A DNA stretch of 64,000 nucleotides from Epiperipatus broadwayi (Eukaryota > Animalia > Onychophora): positions 23,064,001 through 23,128,000 of the forward strand of contig JAQFVV010000002.1 of assembly GCA_028023455.1 (NCBI GenBank), given 5' to 3'. The translations under genes were made by a program, and so were the position numbers. Shown here piece by piece: positions 38,197 through 47,531 of the stretch; within the stretch, counting starts at the first letter, position 1, and each line of letters begins with the position of its first letter. The notes under the pieces are model-generated. The model saw only the letters and a program-made list of their open reading frames with translations, made no database searches and had not been told where the DNA came from.

Positions 38197-38501
38197 AAAA
38201 AATATTTTTTAAGAAATACTTTTATTTAAGTTGAGGACTAAAGCATTTAAAAAAACTAAAAAAAATATTTTTTTTGGATCATAATTTTGTTGTCATGTAA
38301 TTTCAAATAAAAGTGTTGATCATCCATAAATTAATTAATTCAGACAATACAGTTCAAACCATTATTACTTGAATTAATTTATTGACGGACCATTTTTTAC
38401 TTACATATAACTAAAATTGTGATACGAGAAAAAAATATTTTTTTGCTTTTTAGTGTATTAGTCTGCAAATAAAATAGAAGCATTTCTTAAAAAATATTTT
38501 T
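38197..38501. repeat. Old imperfect inverted repeat
   Basis: aaaaatattttttaagaaatacttttattt mirrors aaataaaatagaagcatttcttaaaaaatattttt. Inner segments also mirror (tcataattttgttgtcatgtaa / ttacatataactaaaattgtga). Confidence 0.65.
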
Positions 38502-38940
38502 ATAAATATTAATTTTTATTTTTTAGTGTTTGCATATTTTGTTTCAAAAATACACAAGTACAAAATTTGAAGAACAGTCTGATAGAAGAAGGTTAAAAAA
38601 ATCGGTTACAAGATTTGACCCAAATAAACAAGCCACATAAGAACTTAAATAAAATATACTGAATACATAAAATCATTTCAAATAGGTTCCAAAACTTTTT
38701 CTAAAGGCAGTGGTTTAAAAAAACAAGTTTTACATAAACAATTCAGAGAAACATTTTAATTAATAGTAAATGTCCCTTAAATTCTTTCCTCTAATAAAAT
38801 TAAAATGTTTTCTTAAAAAAATATAATACCATATATTATGTAAGATTAAAAACTTATCCAATCAATATGAATGCAGCTTAAAATATGGCTTGCCAACACT
38901 GTTAGATTGGATAATCCTGAAATATTATATTGTCATATAT

Positions 38941-39186
38941 GAAAAGAATGTATGTATATACTTCAACAAAAATCAATAAATTAAAAATTAACTGTGATAA
39001 AACACAGTTGCTGAAGCTTTAAACATAAAATTATAACAATAAAGCTGAGCGCTTTCGGGGGACTTAAGCCTCCATAATCATGAGCTATGATTATGGAGGC
39101 TTAAGTCCCCCGAAAGCGCTAAGCTTTATTGTTATAATTTTATGTTTAAAGCTTCAGCAACTGTGTTTTATCACAGTTAATTTTTA
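38941..39186. mobile_element. Young fold-back insertion with head-to-head variant hammerheads
   Basis: Near-perfect palindrome 38979-39189 (I see one mismatch in ~103-bp arms); 12-bp TSD attgtcatatat (38929-38940 and 39187-39198). Confidence 0.9.
39083..39125 (+). ncRNA. Hammerhead ribozyme with variant core (A3/U8); mirror copy on the minus strand at ~39043-39086
   Basis: agct-ATGATTA-t GGAGGC ttaa GTCCCC c-GAAA-gcgc-TA-agct; the minus-strand mirror ends GAAA-gcgc-TC-agct. Confidence 0.7.
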
Positions 39187-40141
39187 ATTGTCATATATAA
39201 AATTTGAAAAAATCCATTCTAACCCTAAAATCTGAAACAAGTCCATTCAATAGAAAGTTAAAAATCAGTTACAAGATTTTTGGATTTATTAAGACAGTAG
39301 TTTAAAAAAGTAAGTTTTAAATAAACAATCCGAAAGGAAATTATAATTTCACTCTTCCTTTCTATTTTAATTAATTGTAAATATCCCTAAAATGTCTTCC
39401 TCAAATTAAACAAAAGTATTTTTCCAAAAAATATAGCAGCATTTATTGTGAATAATTAAAAATTTAACAAAATGATTTGAATGCAGTTTGAAATATGGTC
39501 TGCTAACAGTATTAGGCTGGGTAATAAATGAGTTTATTATTATACTCCATTGTAATTGAAATTTAATATATGTACAAAATTTGAAGAAAATCTGTTCAGC
39601 AGAAGTAGTTTAAAGATTGATTCAAGATTTGATCTAAAAAACAGAAATCTTAAATAAAATACGAGAATTTAAAAATGATGAAATCTGCATAATCATGATA
39701 AAACTATAAATTTATAATATCCTTAAACTATCAATAATGACAAGTTCAAAATAAGAAGTCAATAATTTATATAACAGTTTGATAAAATTTAATCTGAAAT
39801 CATTTTACTGGAAAAAATAAAACAGGGCAATAGTAAAAACGGAAAATAAATTATTTGATACCGAATAATTATATTATATTGAACTTGAATTGGCATTACC
39901 ATTGTAAATGATGTTAGCTATTAAATTATGCTAATCACTTACTGATTTAATAATAAGTTAAATTATGCTGATCCTAAGTTTATTCAAAAAATTTCTTATC
40001 AAACTATTTTTTCAAACTGAATGCCTTTTGGAGCAAGATTTTTAGTCCAATGTTATTTAATAATCAGCATTTACTTTTAAATTCTAATCTTTTATTCTTT
40101 CTATCAACATATAATTATTTTGTTAGATACTATCATATACT

Positions 40142-40761
40142 TATATTTTTATATTGGATTATTTCTTTTATCTAATATGTGTGTTGAATGTCTTTAGAAC
40201 AATTTAATTTTTTTTAAATATTCCAAATACATAATATCACAGCAAACAGGTTAATATATCCACTAACTGTTAGTAATATCACAGCAAACAAGATAGTATA
40301 TGCACAACATTTCGAGAGATATTGTTCTCCCCTCTTCTTCAGGTGTTGCTGACCTAATTGAGCCATCCTGGCTCAGTTGGTTAGAGCATTACCTTAAAAT
40401 TCAATAATCAAGAATCTAAGGACTATGTTCGAATCCCATGCTAGTACTGTCACTGGTCAGGCCAACAACACCTGAAGAAGAGGGAAGGAACAATACCTCT
40501 CACAACTTTGTACATATACTAACCTGTTTGCTGTGATATTATTAACAGTTAGTGCATATATTAACCTGTTTGCTGTGATATTACTAACAGTTGGTGTATA
40601 TACTAACCTGTTTGCTGTGGTATTACTAACAGTTGAATGTATTTGTAATATTTAAATAAAATTAAATTGTTCTAAAGACATTCAACACACATATTAGATG
40701 ATGGAAATAGTCCAATATAAAAATACAACTAGAACATCATCATCGCAAACCTTCAGAAAAC
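40142..40761 (+). mobile_element. tRNA-headed, hammerhead-bearing SINE-like element with an inverted partial copy at its 5' side
   Basis: 13-bp TSD actatcatatact (40129-40141 and 40762-40774); A box tggctcagttgg (~40369) and B box gttcgaatcc (~40427); CTGAAGA at 40472; three 42-bp tandem units (40513-40640). 40142-40355 is the reverse complement of the 3' part. Confidence 0.85.
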
Positions 40762-42736
40762 ACTATCATATACTATTTCTTTTCTTGTAAGGATATTTAT
40801 TGCATCTGAACAATAGTACATTAAGATATGGAATGATCAGTTTAAATCTATTAAAATAAAATTTTAAAAAATTTGTTTCTATGAAGACCAAGCTATTAAT
40901 ATACAGTAAAATATTATTAAGCATTTACAGAACAATGCTTCTAATATCATCTAATATCTCATTACAACAAATTATAGGTAACTCATGTTGAAATTAAGAA
41001 AGTTAAAACAATTTCAACTACGTAAAATGCTAATGATGATCCTTTTTAAAGAAAGCAAATCTTTCTTGCTTTAAATAGGCTAAACTGGGCATACTATAAA
41101 GAATTATGATACTTTAAATTGAGCCAACTACCAAAAGCTATATATATAGTAAAACTATTTAAATCTCTAGAAATGGCTAAAATATATGAACAAGAACACT
41201 TCTAATCCAAGGCCTTTTGACCATTTACATATTGTATAATGTTGATAAAGTAAATGTTTCTCAAAACACTATTAGTCCAAAACATTAATGACTAAACATA
41301 GAGCTCAGTCTCTTCCAAAAAATAAATATGATGATCCTGTTGCAGATGCAATGATTGAAGAAAGAAAGGAAAGAACTTTTAATAGCCATCAAAAATCTTT
41401 TAGAAATGATGCCTCTTGAAGCACTTTCTTTAATGCAGATAGATACCTTCTTCAAATTCACAATCATTCATTTATTTTCTCTTTGCTATAAATGAATATT
41501 AAATAATTTGTACTTATATCAACTTATTTTCTATTTATTAAGACATATAAATTTCATTTACCATAAGAATATATGTTCCCTAAGAATATATGTTCCCGTA
41601 ATAATGGATGCAAATTTTTACATATTTTTTAATCTACGTGAGCAACCTAAAACTAATTCATAATATTAATGTTAATAAATTACAACATCAAAAGTCAGCA
41701 GAAAGCTTCTTCTTGTGAAACCAAGTAAATCATAGCAGTTCATGAATTAAAAAAAATCTTAAATATCTTAGTGCAGTTATAAATCTTTACAAAGAAACAT
41801 ATCAGGATGCTTATATAAAATAAAATAAAAATTGATTCCAAAATTTAAAAAAAATTTATTCACCGTATGTAAACATACTTGACACAAAAAGCATATCGAT
41901 TATTCTTTCTCCAGAATCTATGAACTTCCTGTAAATAAGTGCTTATTGTATGAATTAACAAAAAATTTCTGTCAGTGAGAACTAGCCAATAACTCATGAC
42001 TCCTAAAATGTGACATTCAAAATAAAATAAAGATTACTCATGTATTGTGTTGGCTATTAATTCTATTTCACACTCAATTTATATGCAAATGGAATATATT
42101 TGAATCCAACCTTTTATTATGATATTCATTAAAGAAACTGAATGGTCTGTGATTAATAGCAATCTATTTTCTGCATTAAAAAACAAACAATTTAAATTTT
42201 TGAGAGGCTATAATCATTATGATTAAAGATATTTAAAATTATTTGCATAAATCATCCTTTAAAATAAATTTTCAAAGTCAAGTGATAGATACCTAAAGTA
42301 TTAATAATTCATCAGTTAAACAAAAAAAGAGCTGTTCATACAACTATGTGATTTTAAAGACCATATGATGTGCAACAAAGAAAATTAGTATAACTATTTT
42401 GCTATCTAATTAGACTATATCTATTTTTGATTTTATTAAATGACCACAATAAAGATTTTGAATACATAATACAAGAAATATCAAATTATCTAGCAAATAG
42501 AAAACCTATCCCAAAAACTATATTAGAGTCTCAGTTGCATTCTCAACTAAAGAATATTTCAGGGTTTTTCTCTAATAACTGCATCACATGATCACTATTT
42601 CTTATGCTTGCTCTTAACTGTTATTGAGCAGGCAAAACTCTCTACATGTATTACCACTCAGTGCAAGCCAGAGTAATCACTGTAATTCCAGAATGCTTGT
42701 GCAAAAAATCCCAATCTAGTGCCTACTTATCCAATA

Positions 42737-42778
42737 TCCACAAACTAATTTCTGGCTTGTGGCCTTCGTCAGTGAGGA
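42737..42778 (-). ncRNA. Type I hammerhead, mutated copy
   Basis: tcctca-CTGACGA-aggc cacaa gcca-GAAA-ttag-TT-tgtgga; stem III and the cleavage triplet are altered. Confidence 0.6.
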
Positions 42779-43402
42779 ACCTTGGATCTGAGAGCACTGC
42801 AGCTAGATCTTAGGATCTAATACAACCCTCCAGCAGCCATCTTCTATCTCTACTTAACTACAAAACTATGAAACTTAAATTGATAACACTATAATATTTC
42901 CAATCCAAGCTCATCAGCATATATAGTCATATAGACCTGAACTCAGTTCAGTACCCATACATTTTGGTGTCTTTGGTTCTTTAATAACCAGAGCCATCAC
43001 TATCCTATTAGGCAGGATAGGTTTTAAGCCAATAAATATCACATGATCACTATTTCTTGTGCTTGCTCTTAGTGGCAAAACATATAGAGTTTTGCCTATT
43101 TTAATAACAATTAAGAGAAAGCATAAGACATAGTGATCAAGTGATCTTTATTGGTTAAAACCAAACCTGTCTAATAGGATAATGGTGACTATAGTAATTA
43201 AAGAACCAAAGACACCAAAATGTATGGGTACTGAACTGAGTTCAGACCTATATGACTATATAAGCTAATGATCTAGGATTGGAAATATTATAGTGCTTTC
43301 AATTTTAGTCTCATAGTTTTGTAGTTAAGTAGAGAAAAGGTGGCTGCTGGAGGGTTGCATTAGCTCCTAAGATCTAGCTGCAATGCTATCAGATCCAAGG
43401 CA

Positions 43403-43444
43403 CCTCCACTGACAAAGGCCACAATCCAGAAACTAGTCTGGGGA
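43403..43444 (+). ncRNA. Type I hammerhead, mutated copy (core CTGACAA)
   Basis: acctcca-CTGACAA-aggc cacaa tcca-GAAA-ctag-TC-tgggga; G8 is lost and stem II is weakened. Confidence 0.55.
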
Positions 43445-43700
43445 TATTGGATGAGTAGGCACTAGATGGGGATTTTATGCATAAACCTTCTAGCATCCAT
43501 TGATTATCTGGCTTGCACTGAGTAGCCATACAAAGAGAGTTTTGCCTGTTTTAATAACAGTTAAGAGCAAGCATGAGAAATAATGATCATAATAAAGCAA
43601 ACTCTCCATACAGTATTGCCACCCTGTGCCAACCAGAGTAATCAATGAATGTCAGAAGGCTTGTGCATAAAATCCCTATCTAATGCCTACTCATCCAATA

Positions 43701-43742
43701 TCCCCAGACTAGTTTCTGGCTTGTGGCCATCATCAGTGAGGA
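43701..43742 (-). ncRNA. Type I hammerhead ribozyme, intact consensus
   Basis: tcctca-CTGATGA-TGGC cacaa GCCA-GAAA-ctag-TC-tgggga: 6-bp stem I extended by atctaa/ttggat after an internal loop, 4-bp stem II, palindromic stem III ACTAGT and a GUC triplet. Predicted cut between 43707 and 43706. Confidence 0.88.
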
Positions 43743-44179
43743 GCTTTAGATCTGAGAGCACTGCACCTAGATCTTAGGATCTAATGCAACCCTCCAGCAC
43801 CCACCTTAAATCTCTACTTAACTAAAAAACTATGAGAAATTGAAAACACAAAAATATTTTCAATCTAAGCTCAATAGCTTATATAGTCATATAAGAGATA
43901 GTGATCATGTGATGTTTAATGGTTTAAAATAATGATCATGTGATGTTTATTGGCTTAAAACCAATCCAGCTTAATAGGATAATGGTGGCTATGATTATTA
44001 AAGAACCAAAGACACCAAAATGTATGGATATTGAACTTAGTTCAGACCTATAGATTATATAAGCTGATGAACTTGGATTGGAAAAAATTTGTCTCATAGT
44101 TTTGTAGTTAAGTAGAGATCGAAGGTGGCTGCTGGAGGGTTGCATTAGGATCTAACTGCAGTGCTCTCAGATCCAAGGC

Positions 44180-44221
44180 TCCTCACTGACGAAGGCCAAA
44201 AGCCAGAAACTGGTCTGGGGA
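44180..44221 (+). ncRNA. Type I hammerhead ribozyme, near-intact
   Basis: tcctca-CTGACGA-aGGC caaaa GCCa-GAAA-ctgg-TC-tgggga, with distal stem I atccaa/ttggat. Predicted cut after 44215. Confidence 0.8.
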
Positions 44222-45521
44222 TATTGGATGAGTAGGCACTAGATGGAATTTTATGCACAAGCCTTCTGGCATCCATTGATTACTCTAGCTTGCCCCGAGT
44301 TGTAATATATAGAGTTTTGCCTGTTTTAATAATCTGCAATTGACCCTGATTATATAATCAAAAATAAATTGTATTTTGTGACTTTTTTCCTTGTACCAAA
44401 GTTATTGAACCTCACCAATTGCATAAGTATATGACTAATAATCTTTCAAAATATCTTTAACATAGATGTTATAATGACATCTTAAATGAATTTCAAATGA
44501 AAATAGGTTTATCATTTATGAGATAAATCATCAATCTGAACGAGAATAACAATGAAAGATGCCATCCAATATTGTATATCCATGAAAATGATTTTTATAA
44601 TTCCTATAAACTAATCAAAAGTAAAAATCAGTATGAATTTCTGAATAATCTTTTAATATATGTAAAATTACAAAAAAAAATAAGATAAATTTTTGCCATT
44701 TTTACTAAATGGTGACAGTAATGTAATATTTACTGAGGCTATAACCTCGAGAATATGCGTGTAAAATACGATAGTAGGGACCTCTACAAGTGTTCAACCA
44801 CAAGCTTATGCTATGGAAGAAAAGAGGGGGACAGGTAAATATCTTAATAAAACGTTAGAGGTCACAAGAAAAACCAATTCAGAAACAAAGTTTTACATAA
44901 GGAGACATTCATGGTAATTATTGTCAAACTCCATGTCCAGCTTATCTCAATTGAAATGACCTAGCTTTGATATTCCCAAATCTCTTTATTGACTACATAA
45001 AAAATATTAAATGATTTAAATTAAAATTCTTTAATGAATATCTCATATAAAGATATCAAACAAACATAATATACAAATCTTATTTGCAAAAACATAAAAA
45101 GTTATTCAAAGCATATATAACTAGAAATCTGTGTGTGTGTATATATTTCTGAATAATAAAACTATAAAAATATTTTTAAAAAATATTGAAAATGAAACAA
45201 AATTAAAAGAAACATTATATACGAACCAAATTCATCTTATAAACAGAGAAATAATCTATCAGAAAAGTGTATAATATTCAGAAGGATCAGTAATGTTCAG
45301 AAATGAAATGGATGAACTCTAGCATTATTCACTATTCTTATAAACCACAAACATCAATGTCAGCCTGATGGTAAATTGTGGTTAAAAGTTATTATAATAA
45401 TGATCCTATTTGAATTTCTAATGATCCTATTTGAATTTCTAAGTTATTGATAGAGAAATCTAAGTACCAATAGCAAAACCTGTGTGTCATTTGGTCAATA
45501 ATGTACAAATCTTCAAGTCAA

Positions 45522-45577
45522 GCGTTGGTGGCCGAATGGTCAGCACAGCTGCCTTACAAGCAGTTGTCCTGGGTTCG
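45522..45577 (+). pseudogene. tRNA-Gly(TCC)-derived fragment (pseudogene or SINE head)
   Basis: gcgttggtggccgaatggtcagcacagctgccttacaagcagttgtcctgggttcg resembles metazoan tRNA-Gly-TCC. The anticodon now reads TAC, the 3' acceptor strand is missing and a poly(A) tract lies nearby. Confidence 0.7.
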
Positions 45578-47531
45578 CTTCGCTTTGACACATGAAAAAA
45601 AAAAAAGGAGGAAACAACTTTGAGAGTTACAATAGAAAAAAATCTTGCGATGATGATGCTTGAAAGTACCATCTTGCTCGTCAAGGATTAATTGAAAGTA
45701 TATGAACAGTTATTATCTTTACAAGGAATTTTTCTTAAAGATAGAATATTTTTGTAAAGATATATATAGATAAGAATTTAATCTAATATGTAATCTTACA
45801 TTATATACAGAGAGTATTTCCCCCAATATATTTCTTTTATAAATATTTATTTCAGAATTTTATTTCCAATAAATCATATTATATTAGTAAAAAAAAAAAT
45901 GTCTTTTTGTTATAAAAATACAATTGTGTAAAATAATCATCTTTTATTTAATTCTGTATTGATTTATTCTAAATATAAAATAGATTTATAATTGTGTACA
46001 TTTATCTAAAACTTTAATAAGACTTGTTTTATTGTTCCATTCAAATATAATTATTTAGTAGTTTATTCAAAATTATTTCCTTGAATTCTTTTTTTTTTTT
46101 TTTGCAGAGATCAAAATTAAATAAAAATTCACAATAGTGAAGAAGTGAACAAAATGAACCAACATATAAATTATTTTGATACATTATTGTTAAAAAAAAT
46201 ATATTCTACTTTTTATACTACATTTAAAATAAATATTTAATTATGAAGTGACCAGCTGACTTGTTTTTTCTTTCTATTTTTGTGTTGTATTCTTGGATAG
46301 CTAAAAAATTTCTTTGGGTAATAAAATGTTTCAAAATTAATTATCAATATATGAAATTTTACTCTGTATTTTTTGACATAAATACTCTGAACACTAATGC
46401 ATAGCTGATATTTTTTAAAATTCTTATATTGTTAAACAAATTAATCATATTGATATAATAAAATAGTTTATTTTTTAATTTATGTGAATAAATATTTAGT
46501 TTTCAGATGGCTAGCTATTTCTTTTTTATTGTTATTTAACATACAAAATTATTATTTGTTAAGAATATTTCATGGATAATAATAAAATAAAATAATATAC
46601 TTTTTAATAAAAATCTTGAAAAAAACTTTGATTGTGAATATACTTATCACTGATAAATAATGTATTAATAAGCCAGTATTCAAATATTTTATCAAGTAAA
46701 ATCATAATATATCTAACTATGAATCTATAATAAGAACTGAAATAATAATATAGGTATATAAATCAGATTGAAATGCCCTCTAAAAAATCCATTGTGAAAA
46801 TAGATATTACATAAAAAATTAACTTCTTAATTATAAATTAAGACAAGGGCCTTTCCTAGAAACCAGCACTGTGAGTCTTGTTAGTTTTACAATTTTAAAA
46901 TTAGCTATTATGTAAACAAAATTTTATTTCATAATGAAATTTTTTTAGAAAGCACTTTTATGTTCTAATTCAAATATTATGGATTTGGGCTCTTTTGTTT
47001 ATATTAAAATCATATTTAATTCAATCAAAAATCTACAAGCAATAGATCTGACATCCAGATCTACTTGATTAAAATATATACTTTTGTGCATGCTAAATAA
47101 TTATGTTAAAATGCCATCACATTTATCAATTATATTTATGTAGCTATAACTTTCAAATAACAGCTTCTTCATATATAGGCTCATGGTGGAATTTATTAAA
47201 AAAAATTATTTAATTTCTGCCTGCTCAAAATTATATGCTTACTTACTGACTAAAAAAAATAATCATTTAATTCATATATAGTACAACTTTTATAATACTT
47301 ACAAATATAAGAAAAAAAATCTGATTTCTATAAAATAAGATTAAAAGCTATTTTTTAGTGATAGTAAAGGTTTGGTGCAAATGATATTTTCTACTGTAAT
47401 TGCATTAATTTGATTGAATTTGAGGTTAAACATATTTCAATTACTTTACTTAAAACACTATCCACATCACAGTATAAGTTTGTTCAATTATCTCTCAAAG
47501 GTACATGATGTATGTCAATTATTATGTTTAC

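Larger units (their letters stand above)
38550..39660 (+). repeat. Degenerate tandemly repeated unclassified element, interrupted by the 38941-39186 insertion
   Basis: Recurrent blocks caaaatttgaa...ttacaagattt (38560, 39200, 39575) and gaatgcag.tt.aaatatgg (38868, 39480). Confidence 0.5.
42585..44333. repeat. Array of four alternating-orientation copies of a 455-nt hammerhead-containing unit (retrozyme/PLE pseudo-LTR-like)
   Basis: cacatgatcactatt recurs at 42585 and 43040 (period 455). Copies lie at ~42585-43075, 43085-43590 (inverted), 43597-43893 and 43894-44333 (inverted). No meaningful ORF. Confidence 0.92.

Noticed and set aside
40362-40445. tRNA gene
   Set aside because: A and B boxes are present, but there is no acceptor or anticodon stem. 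It is the head of a TSD-flanked element.
40513-40640. CRISPR-like array (also considered for 57955-59180)
   Set aside because: Contiguous tandem repeats without unique spacers, in eukaryotic context with no cas genes.
40780-41470. Possible decayed GIY-YIG or other coding relic
   Set aside because: Only faint motif hints (SNII.YLI, WL..) across many stops; not supportable without a profile search.
41864-41928. Possible 65-bp minus-strand exon (ttacag...GTGAAT)
   Set aside because: Open frames give no recognisable protein. In the calcineurin phase it hits a stop at once. Such splice-like pairs arise by chance in AT-rich introns; RNA-seq would be needed.
44060-44095. Second CTGATGA...GAAA motif in the 455-nt unit (also ~42895-42922 on the minus strand and ~43262)
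   Set aside because: The intervening (a/g)cttggattg cannot form stem II, and no stem I/III pairing is evident in any copy.
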